A stretch of DNA of 64,000 nucleotides from Curvularia clavata (taxonomy: Eukaryota), in contig CP089274.1 in the NCBI GenBank assembly GCA_023920165.1, positions 434,001-498,000 of the forward strand, written 5' to 3'. The notes beneath the pieces were generated by a model. The model had not been told where the DNA came from. It ran no database searches and saw only the letters and a list, made by a program, of their open reading frames with translations. The translations under genes and the position numbers were made by a program. Positions 48,882-60,441 of this stretch are shown piece by piece (position 1 is the first letter of the stretch; every line of letters starts with the position of its first letter).

Positions 48882-51521
48882 CTATTCGGTCTCCCACTCC
48901 TCTAAGGCTTCTAACGAGGCCTGAACTTCGGGGTGGCTAGTTTTCTGTACTTGCTGACGCTGCTGTAAACACTGTCTCATTAAGACCACAGCATCTGCTG
49001 TCCGACCTTGTGCTTTCCATGTGTAGGCCAGGTTGTGCATGCAATTTAATGTAAAGGGATGGTCTACTCCAAGCTTCGTTTTGGAAGTCTCCATCACCTG
49101 CACCTGTAGTGTCTCAGCCTCGTCTAACCGGCCTTGGTCCCGATATGTCGACGCTAGGTTGGCTATACTCCTTAGCGTTTCTGGATGGTCTACTCCGAGC
49201 TTCGTCTTGCGAGTCTCTAACACCTGCACTAAAAGCGCCTCAGCCTCGTCTAACCGGCCTTGGTTCCGGTATGTCGACGCTAGGTTGGCTATGCTCATCA
49301 GCGTATCTGGATGGTCTGTTCCGAGTTTCGTCTTGAAAGTCTCCATCACCTGCACGCCTAGCACCTCAGCCTCGTCTAATCGGCCTTGGTTCCAGTATAC
49401 TAATGCCAGGTTGTGCATGCTAGTCAGCGTTCCTAGATGATCTACTCCAAGCTTCGTCTTGGAAGTCTCTAGCACCTGCACATACAACGCCTCAGCCTCG
49501 TCTAACCGGCCTTGGTTCCAGTGTATTAACGCTAGGTTGGCTATACTCATCAGCGTGTCTGGATGGTCTATTCCAAGCTTCGTCTTACGAGTCTCCATCA
49601 CCTGCACGTCCAGCGCCTCAGCCTCGTCAAACCGGCCTTGTTCCCGATATGTCGACGCTAGGTTGGCTATACTTCTCAGCGCTTCTGGATGGTCTGCTCC
49701 AAGCTTTGTTTTAAGAGTCTCCATCACCTGCACCTGCAGCTTCTCCGCATCGTCCCATCGCCCCCCAAGTTTGTATGCTAATCCAACCATGCCTACACTC
49801 TCTAGCGTGTTCTCGTGTTCTCGCCCTAGCACCTTCTTCCGCGCCTTCATTGATTGTAGAGCAAGGGTCTCTGCCTCAGCTGCGTTCCCTTTCTCGTATG
49901 CATACCATGATGCTCGATAAAGTAAAGTCGCCCATTCCACTAGTAACGACTTCTCTTCTGGCTGCTGCGCCATAGCAGATTTTGCGTGTGCATACAGCGC
50001 CTGGCATGTTGGCCAGTTTTCATACTCCCCTGTCGGAAATGCTGCGCAGAGGTTGCTAATAAACCGCTGCTTCCACCATTCAAGTTTGCCGTTCGCCGCA
50101 AGCCACTTGCGCATTGCAAGCTGTACGAGTCTGTGCATTTGAAATGTGGCGCCATCTTCCACGATAGATATGAAACAAAGATTACGGAGCGCTATAACAT
50201 CGTTCTCGAATCTGTCCTCTCTGCTATTGGATTGCGCCTCATCTTGCTGAGCGGTAGGCTTACTTCTAGTACGGCGCAGTAGATGTTTGAAATGCGTCTT
50301 TAATGATTTTTTCTGCCTGACGGAATGACTGCTTGCCCTATTTGTCTTCTGAGCGTCATGTATAAGCGATTCGGGAATGCCCTGCCGGTCGAAGAAGCTC
50401 ATGAGCGACAACAAGTCTGCCGCCGATGGCTTTGTCTGCCGCAGATGCTCAAAGGATATCTGCCACGTAATGATGATCGAATTCTTAGCCTCTCGGTCTC
50501 GTCGAAGCTGTCCTGCTTCACAGGCTAGCAAACTCGTCTTTCCATGGTCGCTACGCCGAAACTCGTCAAGGTATTGTACTGAGGAGCAGCGAGGCTTTCT
50601 TTCAGAAATGTACGCAGCAGCCTGCACAATGGCGAGCGGCATGTTCTCCAGCGCCGCCACAAGATCAGCAATACTGTTCCTGTCGTTGTCCTCCCGCGCT
50701 CCCAGCTTCTTCTCGAACAGCGCTATCCCTTCGGCTTTGTCCATTGGCTCTACAAAGACGATGTCGCGCTGCTCCACCAGCTTCAGTGCAGCTTCCTTAT
50801 TCCGCGTCGTGACGAGGATCGAGCCATGATCGCAGTGAGGGAGGTGCTCGCGCAGCGGTGGGTCAGTCCCACTCGCATCACCAGTCTGACCTTGACGACC
50901 AGTCCTATTTTCAAGTAGAAAGCGAGGATCGTCCACGTTGTCTAGCACGAGCAGCCACCGGTGCTTGCTACTGCACAGCCAGTCGTGCACCAGCTTGAAG
51001 ATGTTGGCCTGTGGGTCTTGTCGCCCATAGATCTTGACCCGGTCGGCGATATCGCGGAAGCCCTGCTCAAACCGGGCCGCGTTGCTGGCATGCACCCAGA
51101 ACACCCAAGTCTCGGGCGACCGCTCGCGCGTGCGGTAGGCATACTCAATAGCAAGCTGCGACTTGCTTCTCTGCTATCAGCATGCGGTGCTAGATGAGCA
51201 GGCATGTGCTTACCCTACGCCGCCAAGGCCGACAAGCGCAGCCCGCGCATTTGGCGCAGCGCATATCTGGTCGACCTGATCGAGTATCGTGCCGCGCTCG
51301 ACAAAGTCAGCATCACGGGCGAACGGTATTAGGATCGATGGGGGTGGTGGAGTCTCTTGTCGCTCTTAAGGCGGGGTGTGTTAGTACTTGCTGAGGCCTG
51401 CACATCTAGAGTAGTCCTGCAACTCACCAAGTGGCAGGTGGAATGTAGCATCGACGTTGCCGTTGATGATACCGCCCTGGATACCATAGTTCTTATCGCG
51501 AAAGGATACCGTTGATGCCAT
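48882..51521 (-). CDS. Fungal NLR-like STAND protein: N-terminal amyloid signalling motif, NB-ARC and TPR repeats (about 842 aa, 3 exons)
   Basis: Exons 51428-51521, 51214-51364 and 48882-51165. Spliced MASTVSFRDKNYGIQGGIINGNVDATFHLPL|ERQETPPPPS..IPFARDADFVER..Walker A GLGGVG|KSQLA, FWVHAS, Walker B LLVLDNVDD, ILVTTR, PLAIVQAAAYI, MHRLVQ, then 42-aa TPRs. Confidence 0.92.
49000..49830. repeat. TPR-encoding tandem array, 126-bp unit, about 6-7 copies with high internal DNA identity
   Basis: The anchor gtctccatcacctgcac occurs at 49087, 49339, 49591 and 49717, all multiples of 126 apart. Protein unit approximately DHPxTLxSIANLAxxYxxQGRLDEAEALxVQVMETxKTKLG. Confidence 0.92.
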
Positions 51522-51751
51522 GATACTGCAGGAGAACTGCGGTGTACAGTACTGCGAGATCTCAGATGGGCTTCAGCCTGGCGGCTTGCTGGCAGGACTC
51601 TCAGCCCCTACTTGGCAACCTTAATGCTACTAAAACCAATTGCTTTACGCCTCAGCTGAGGATGTCTCTTCCGTATTTCCTCTGTTCATAGCATCAGTTC
51701 TGCTATAGTCGCCTCTCGACTCGTTTTTCTTTGATTTCTGCCAAACACAAG

Positions 51752-52655
51752 ATGACGGATCCTTTCAGTACTACTGCTGGTGTCGTGGGTATCACTGTGG
51801 CAGCCTTGCACGGCATACGCCTACTTATAGAAGACTTGCAGCAGCTCAAGCAGGCTCCCAAAACTATCAAACGCCTCTTAGCAGATATGCAGTCAGTCGA
51901 AACGTCGCTCAAACTGCTTCAAGATGTCGGAGAGAGAGAATGGGATCTCCTTGGCGCAAGCATCCTAGAAGACTCAAAGACGACGATTAGCAGCTGCATG
52001 CAAGCATGCCGTCTGTTCAAGTCCGACCTCCAGCGCTGGACTCGACACTCTGAAGGCGGAAAACTGACGTGGCAGGATCGAGCAAGCGTCGGATTCTTTA
52101 AGCAAGGGCAGGTCAAGGCTATGTCAGAGCAGCTTCAGAACTGCAAGCTCTCGATCAATTTAGTCATAAGTATAGGGACGTTGTGAGTGGCTACATATAT
52201 ACTTCTGTTGTGCCATTTTTAGGCTGACCTTTCTTTGTAGGTATAGCTCTGTTCGCCATACCCATATAACGGAAGAGGTCAGGAAAACCATGTCTCTCGT
52301 ACAGGCCGAGGTGAAGGGTGCTATTTCCACAACAGACAAGCAGCTGGTGGTACTAGAGAGCCAGTTGAAAGAGCTGGATCTTAGCAGCGATGATGATGAG
52401 GAGGCCGGAGATAATGAAGGTAAAGCTGCGGCAATGCAACAGTTAGAAGAAGAGCGTAAAGCGCTCGAAGCATCGCGCACGCTCTTGGATAAGCTGATAG
52501 CAAAAGCACAAGAAGATGCTGTTGCCAAAGCTAGTACAAAGAGCCAGGATCATTCAACCACTGTGACTACAGTGACGTTTGGTGATGGGAACTCTGGCCT
52601 ACAGACTGGCGTCCTCCATGGAGGAGTCCATGGGGCTGTGTTTGGGCAGAAATAA
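51752..52655 (+). CDS. HeLo-like/SesA-type cell-death effector with C-terminal amyloid signalling motif (281 aa, 2 exons)
   Basis: Exons 51752-52182 and 52241-52655 (GTGAGT...CTGAC...TAG intron). N-terminus MTDPFSTTAGVVGITVAALHGIRLLIEDLQQLKQAP is typical of Helo_like_N/SesA helical domains. C-terminus TVTFGDGNSGLQTGVLHGGVHGAVFGQK. Confidence 0.85.
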
Positions 52656-54991
52656 GTATATGTACATGGGGCTATAGTGGAGGGATAGTACCCTAAGTCA
52701 ACAAGGGTCTTTGAACATGCACAAAGGTGAGAGCGGTTTTGCAACCTACTGTACCACGTATTGCGATACGAATATGACTTGTCTAAAAAAGGCACAAAGT
52801 TGTCCGTGTAAGAACTTGCCTTATTTAGAAGTGACTTTACGGGCTGCGAGCGGTGGTCAAACAGGCCCAGGTTAGCGAGAATACGATACAGACGTGGCCA
52901 GAGGAGATGAAAGCAACTAGCCGAATACAGCAACTGTCTATTCAGGAATCTGGACGGCGACGTGGGATGTGGTTGATATCACCACTTGATAGATGAGCCA
53001 AGCCTCCAGAAGGACATTAGACGGTCGGTGCTTGGCACGTGCTAGGTAGAGTGGATTGGCTTGTAGCTGCAACGGAATTTGTCACTCTTCCAGGAAGCGG
53101 TGAAGAGCAGGGAGCTGAGTTATATGTAGGGTTCTCGACCACGACTTCCTAATCAGCAAACAGTCGAATCACAGGAGCGGTGTGGGTCCTGGATGGTAGT
53201 CGCGCAATGCCCTACGGTATGTTTTTTGATCAGGCGTGGGATAGAGTAGGAAAATCTCTTGAGGCGCTGTACTAGAGCCGTGGATTGTGGCCAGATGGCG
53301 CAACACTAGGTTGTGCGAGGCGTCGAACACGCGCATGTCTAGTGATGCAGCAAGGGGAAAAAGAAGTGCATATGGATAAAGCTTTTTCGATGCAAAAGCG
53401 CACGCGGGAGTTGAATGTGAGTGCCGCTGCAGTGGTGGTTGGACAGGGCAAGGCGGGAGGCGCTTGGGCCCGCTAGCGTCGTCGACGGCTATGAGATTTG
53501 GAATACCACGCAGTCCCGAGCGCATGGTAATCGTCGACAATGATGCGCCCATCTCCTCCCACACGGGCTTGGGGCGTTTCTCGAGCAATCTAGTATTTGT
53601 CAAACACTGCTTCGGTTTCCGACTTGATGGCATCCGGTGTCCGCCATTCTGGGTAGCCTGCCCGTTGCCGTCATGTTGCCACTCGTCCATTGGTGGGTTA
53701 CCGGTGTCCACCAACCTTGCATGCTTTTGCGCTTCCATGAATAGTCTACTGGCGTACATGGCTGACCGCTTTCCTTGTGCAGCGAGTCTTGTTGTTTCGT
53801 CGCAGGGCTCGATATCTCAAACACGTAATTTGAATGGAGCCGCCGCCCGGCAGGCTTGCCATGCCGGAACATGTTTCGGACTACATGACTCCGCACGTAC
53901 GCAGTATTTGTTGTAAATAGATAAGCATCTAATGTGACAAATTCATTCAAGCCGTATATCTTTCTGCAAAGGGCCACATTTTCCACTCCATTCAATCGTG
54001 TCGTCAATCGTCAAATTCAAACCTTGGTACCATCTCCACTTCCACAACGCCAATGAACCCCGTGTCTCTTCACCAGTCGTCACATCCCTTTCTGACGCCT
54101 ACGCGTGCGTCGGACATTTCGACATGGACATTGTCGGTCCCAGAGCGAAACTCAGTCTCGTCCACCGAGTCCGAGACCCGGTCCCGCGAGGCTGCTATTG
54201 AAGCCTACCGACAGATGAAAGCCGCCCTCTTCTCGAGGTCTCTCCAATCAACTCTCTCCCGCTCTAATTGAGCGCCGCTTACGCCGCCGAGAAATCACAA
54301 CAGCACCGTTTTAGCGGATCGCTGCGTTACGAATTACGAAGTACAAATTATTAGCACGACATGTTATGAACCGAGGTTATCCTCCAAAACACGAGTCTCG
54401 GCAGGCTAAAGTCTCGAATAAATCTCAGGGCGTTATATACAACCAGCCATCTCTTAGGATCTTTTAGGGTCCTTGCAGGAATGAATCCATTATACCTTGG
54501 TGGCCGGTGTTTGGAGTATGTGATATGTAACTAGAACAAGTTTTTCCTTTGCTGTCTGGGTTTCGGGTTAATTCAATGCGTAATAACAGGCCTCAACTCG
54601 CGGCGCTATTTCTTAATATCCCTTAATATAGTCACATGTGCCACATGGATTACCAACTCGAAGTTGTTCCCGTGAATGACATCTCATTCAGCACATGTTT
54701 GACTATCCTTGCTGTTGTTTGGAGATCGACCCAAGGGGTTACACGCCGACAAGAACGGGAATGATGGTTACACTCATCGATCAAAAAACCCAGCCGCTTG
54801 GCTGGATAGGCTAATGTGTGTGCGTGCGTGCCTGGCAGGTTGCATCATAACCATATCCGCTTATCGATAGACCATGGCCCGTGCACCAAAAGTTGGTTGA
54901 ACGCGACTGCGAAAACACGATCAGATAACTTTACTGCAATCACGCTTCACCTCACCACAAAAATACAGGACGCCAAAGCTGCGCTGCAAAT

Positions 54992-55902
54992 ATGGCAGGA
55001 ACGACGCCCAAGACAATGTCCAAGGGACTAATGGGGATGAAGGTGAGCTGCTGCGCTCTCGCGTCAATAAAACATTTGCTAACCCATCAATAGTTTATGC
55101 AGCGTGCTGCCGCAAAGTCTTCGCCTTCCTCGTCCACAACACCCAATGGACCCCCAGCAAAGAAAGCGCGTCTTTCGAATGGTGCGCCTGTCACGGGAAC
55201 TTCGGATCAGGAGATTATACAATCAGGGATCGATGCCGAAGAGGCTAGACATCAAGCAGCACTGGACAGGGCAGCGCAGCATGCGGGTGACACCAAGTGG
55301 GTGCTGAGCTTTCAAGATCCGCTGGAAGGAAAGCGTCAGGATGCCATGAAGGTACGGCACGCGGGTTATGCGGAGATTGATGCGGAGGACGATTCAGAGG
55401 AAGAGGAAGAAGACACCCGGCCCGTAAGAATGCAGTTTGGTGGTGGTGTCAAGAGGACAGACGTGTGTATCACATGGCTCAGTTGTTTTCCTTTGCTAAT
55501 GGCTACTAGACTTCGGTGCCCATGGTAAAAGCAGAAGACTCGGAATCCGAGGATGAATCCTCGTCAGATGATTACGACTCAGATGACGCTGCAGCAGATC
55601 TTATTCGACAGACTAAGCGCGAAATGGCTGCGGAAAAACGAGAAGCGAAGAAGAAACGCACGGGTACGGGCGACAGCACACCAAAAGGAACGCCAACACG
55701 ACAGGATGAGAATAAGGGTCTGAGCGGGTTAACATCCATCTCCGGCGGTCGACGATCAGGAGGCCTCAGTGGTAGCTCTGGCCGTATGAACACCATGGAA
55801 TGCTTCAAGTGTGGAGAGATAGGACATATGGCTATGAATTGCTCCAAACCATCAGGTCCACGAGGATCTTCAGGCAGGGGAAACGGCAAAGGCCGGAGGT
55901 AG
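54992..55902 (+). CDS. MPP6-like nuclear exosome cofactor with C-terminal CCHC zinc knuckle, 3 exons
   Basis: Introns 55043-55093 and 55463-55509. Spliced MSKGLMGMK|FMQR matches the MPP6 N-terminal motif; RMQFGG; CFKCGEIGHMAMNC knuckle; basic G/R tail. Confidence 0.75.
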
Positions 55903-55991
55903 GCACAGCGCGCTTGCTCGATATATTTGTACGCCTTGTACGGTTCAATGATACCCCACGGAGACTCGGTCTTCGTTGCTTGCGAGTTCGA

Positions 55992-56497
55992 TCAGCCAAC
56001 CTTTTCTCCGTTCTCAATCAACATGTACTCGTCGCCCACCATCATCTTCATCTGGCTGTCGTCCATGAAGTTTTCATGGTCGCCGTTCAGAGAAGCACCC
56101 TCCTTGTCGTACATGAACTTGGCCAGGGCGAGATAGTCGGGGAAGACAAAAGTGCAGATGGCGTCATAATCCATCAGTTTTGCGTTTCCATGCATGATGT
56201 CCTGGATGACCTTTCGATCGCGCTGGAGATGGTACGTCTGTCGCAGTCTCAGCTTCCGAACTATTGCAAGCATCTTCACAGGAGAGTAGATAGGAGCGAA
56301 GAGCCTACAAGGCTGTAGCTGATGATGCCATGGCGCTGGAGGATGGGCACGGCCCTTTGGGCATGGTTGTTATTGTAGTATTCAATGAAGTCTTCGTCGG
56401 ACATGCCATCCTTCTTCTTGATGTAAATGGTCGCCTTGACGACCTTTCTGAAGCCCACCGTGTTCGCATAGCCTGCCTGGAATGCTTTGGGTACCAT
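55992..56497 (-). CDS. EthD-family (dimeric alpha-beta barrel) protein, 2 exons
   Basis: Intron 56238-56308. KKKDGMSDEDFIEYYNNNHA, DYDAICTFVF and DHENFMD are EthD-like patterns. Confidence 0.8.
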
Positions 56498-56822
56498 GTT
56501 GGCGGACGGGTAATTGCAGCAGCGCCGGTGATAGGATCGGCCGCCTTATCGAGAATCAAGGCCCACTCCACCCTTATGCTGATCGCTCCCGAGCAGTCGG
56601 ACCTCCGCCCTGGGTCGTCATCTCGACAGAGCCTCGCGCCTTCGCCCTCCCCCGCTGTTTTCCTTTTCCACTCAATTTGTCTCACCGCCCATTGCTTTCC
56701 GTGGGCACACTAACTCTTCTTGGTCGATTGCGAGGTTACTGTTACAGCAATTGGGAGCAGTACCCTACTAACAAAGCCCGCCCTTTCACGGCCTCCGGCT
56801 GGCTCCACGGCTAGCCTTGTGG

Positions 56823-59800
56823 ATGCTCCGCTCCCTAGGCGCACGACAGTCGCTGGGAAATCTGTCGTTCGTACCACGACTCCAAACCATCACACTCCCA
56901 TCCACGGCTGCCAGGTTGGCCGCACAGCACACAGCGCCGTCAGCAAATTGCCCAGTGTTCTTCACGGCCGCCACTAGCCCCCGCCAGCCACGCCGCATAT
57001 ATAAGCCTTTGTTCCCGCTGGCCATTGTCGCCACGTCACCTGCGACCCGGCGAAGCCTTACAAGTCTGTCAGGAAAAAGAAACCAGTCTGCCAACATGGC
57101 TGAAGCGCTCGAGAGGGAGGCTATTCGAAAGAAGATTGAGGATCTAGAGAGACCGCAGCTCGACGACCGCTCCTACCGAATCATCACATTGCCCAATCAA
57201 TTGGAGGTCCTTCTTATACACGAGGCTGAGACCGACAAGGCTAGCGCAGCGTTAGATGTGAATGTAGGCAGTTTCAGCGATGCGCCCGACATGCCGGGTA
57301 TTGCCCATGCAGTGGAGCATCTGCTGTTCATGGGCACCGAAAAGTACCCAGAAGAGAATGCCTACAATCAATATCTGACGCGCCACGGTGGCTATTCGAA
57401 TGCATTTACTGCCTCCACCTCGACGAACTACTATTTCGAACTCTCCTACTCCACCCCCTCACCCACAGCCAGCACAGCCGCGACACCAGAAGCCTCGCAG
57501 ACAAACTTGTCAGAGTCAGCAGGTGAATCGCCACTACGAGGGGCGTTGGATCGATTTGGACAATTCTTTATTAGTCCGCTGTTTTTGGAAGACACGGTGG
57601 ATCGCGAACTGAAGGCGGTGGATTCAGAGAACAAGAAGAACCTTCAAAACGATACTTGGCGTATGCACCAACTTAACAAGGCGCTTGCTAATCCCAATCA
57701 CCCTTACAACCACTTCTCCACCGGTAGCTACAAAACGCTGCACGACGACCCTATAGCGCGAGGCGTCAGGATCCGCGATGAGTTCATCAAATTCCACTCG
57801 ACCCACTACTCAGCCAATAGAATGAAGTTGGTAGTCTTGGGTAAGGAGAGTCTTGATACCTTGGAGTCATGGGTAGAAGAAATCTTTGCAAAGGTGCCGA
57901 ACAAGAACCTAGAACAGAATCGCTGGGATGTACCTGTCTATACAGAAAAGGAGCTCCTGACGCAGACCTTTGCCAGGCCAGTTCTACAGTCTCGGTCACT
58001 GGAGCTTCAGTTTGCTTACCGTGACGAGGAGAACTTCTATGAATCACATCCTTCAAGGTACCTCAGCCACTTGCTCGGTCATGAGGGTCCTGGAAGCATT
58101 CTCGCACACATCAAAGCGAAGGGATGGGCAAACGGATTGGGGGCAGGAGGCTCGACCCTCTGTCCAGGCTCGGGCCTGTTCACTGTAAACATCAAGTTGA
58201 CCGAAGAAGGCCTGAAAAACTATAAGGAAGTTGCAAAGATTGTTTTTCAATACATCGGTCTGATGCGCGATCAGCCACCCCAAGAGTGGGTGGTGGAGGA
58301 GCAAATGCGCATCAGTGAGGTGGAATTCCGTTTTAAGCAAAAGAGCCCACCCAGCCGGACTGCTAGCGGGCTAGCAGGCATCATGCAGAAGCCGTACGAC
58401 CGCAAAATGTTGCTCAGTGGACCGGCCGTCATCAGAAAATTCGATGCCAAACTAATCAGCGAGGCCATGTCTTATCTGCGACCCGACAACTTTAGAATGA
58501 CCATCATCAGCCAAGACTTCCCAGGTGGTTGGGACAAGAAAGAGAAGTGGTACGGGACGGAATACAAAATTGAGCGGATACCAGAAGACGTGCTCGCTGA
58601 GATCAAAGAAGCCTTTGAGAGCAAGAACCGACCAGCAGAGCTGCACTTTCCCCACAAAAACGAGTTCATACCAACTCGTTTGGAAGTTGAAAAGAAAGAG
58701 GTTGCTCAACCAAGCAAGGAACCCAAGCTCATTCGTCACGATGATAATGTTCGCATATGGTGGAAGAAGGACGACCAGTTTTGGGTGCCCAAAGCGAACG
58801 TTCATATATATTTCCGCACGCCCATGACCAATGTCACAGCACGCATCACACTTTTGTGCACTCTTTATCGCGAGCTTGTCAACGATGCTCTAGTAGAGTA
58901 CGCCTACGACGCCGACATTGCGGGTTTGGTGTATGATTTCACCAATCATGTCAGTGGTCTGTCAGTGACTGTTAGCGGCTACAATGACAAACTGCACGTA
59001 TTGTTGGAGAAGGTTTTGCTCCAGATTCGGGACCTCGAGGTCAAAGAGGACCGTTTCAACATTATCCATGACCGCATGCTACGGTCGTTACGCAACTGGG
59101 AGTACGGACAGCCGTTCCACCAGGTCGGCACTTACTCCCGACAGTTCAAGAGCGAGAAGTGCGTTATGAACGAAGAGCTCCTTCCAGAACTGGAGAACGT
59201 GACAGCCCAAGACGTACAGCAGTTCTTCCCACAAATCCTTGCCCAGTGTCAAATCGAGGTCCTTGCGCACGGAAATCTATACAAAGAGGAGGCCCTGAAG
59301 ATAACCGATCTCGTAGAAAATATTATCCATCCTAAACGGCTTCCAGCAAACCAGGTGCCCACCCGTCGCGGCCTCCTTTGGCCTTCAGGCAGCAACTTCA
59401 TCTATGAAAAGCAGCTAAGCGACCCGGCAAACGTCAATCACTGCATTGAGTACAGTTTGTATGTTGGACATCGATACGACAACGTCACTCGGGCCAAACT
59501 CCTGCTTCTTGGACAGATGACCGACGAGCCTTGTTTCAACCAGCTCCGTACCATTGAACAGCTGGGTTACGTTGTATTTTCCGGATCCAGCTTTCACGAC
59601 ATCTGGTCTGGTTACCGCGTTTTGATTCAAAGCGAGAAAGACTGTCGATACTTGGAGGGTCGTATTGAGAATTTCTTGAACACTTTCGAGGGAACGCTCA
59701 AGGAGATGAGCGATGAAGACTTTGAAAGCCACAAGCGAGCCATGATCAACAAGCGCCTGGCGAAGCTCAAGAATCTCTCATCAGAGGACAACAGGTTCTG

Positions 59801-60441
59801 GAATCATATCTATAGTGACTCGTATGATTTCCGCCAAGGTCAGTCTTTCCATGTTGTTATTATTGTCATGTGGTGCTAACGATAACACAGCCGATGTTGA
59901 TGCCGAGACCCTTGAGACGCTCACAAAGAAGGACATGATCGATTTCTACAACCACTACATCTCGACATCGTCTTCGCAGCGCGCCAAGCTGTCAGTACAC
60001 CTTCAGGCGCAAGCGAAGGCCAAGGAGCCATCAATCGAGGAGAAGAAGACTTCAGCTGTTGCAGCACTCCAGATCATTCTCACCGAACATAAGCTTAAGT
60101 TTGATGAACAGGCTTTCCAGACTCGTATCGCCAACGTATCATCGAATGACGATATCTCCAAGGCTGTGAGCAGCTATTTGACAGAAGACCTCAAGGCGGA
60201 AAAGGACATTGCAAACAAGGTCGTAGACGAGGCAAAGGCTGCGCTGGGTGTTGCAGACTCTGGTTTGCCAGCAGCACCACGACCACTTGACGCCGCTGCG
60301 GATCTAGGGAGTGTGGTGGATGCATCGCACCCTGTTCTCATCAAGGACGTCCATGCCTGGAAGGCGAGCATGCAGATCAGCACGGGTGTGCGACCTGTAC
60401 GGAATCTGGAGGAATTTGTTGATGTTGTCGAGAAGCTCTAG
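56823..60441 (+). CDS. STE23: Insulysin-like M16A metallopeptidase (a-factor processing enzyme Ste23), 2 exons
   Basis: Inverted zinc motif HAVEH-LLFMGT, NAFT, AVDSENKKNLQND, GHEGPGS and FNQLRTIEQLGYVV. Intron 59839-59890. Two in-frame ATGs, at 56823 and 57096. Confidence 0.93.

Noticed and set aside
53169..53759. 196-aa minus-strand ORF next to the effector, considered as a third cluster gene
   Set aside because: No GxSxG lipase motif, no amyloid-like motif and no recognisable domain; may be spurious or a relic.
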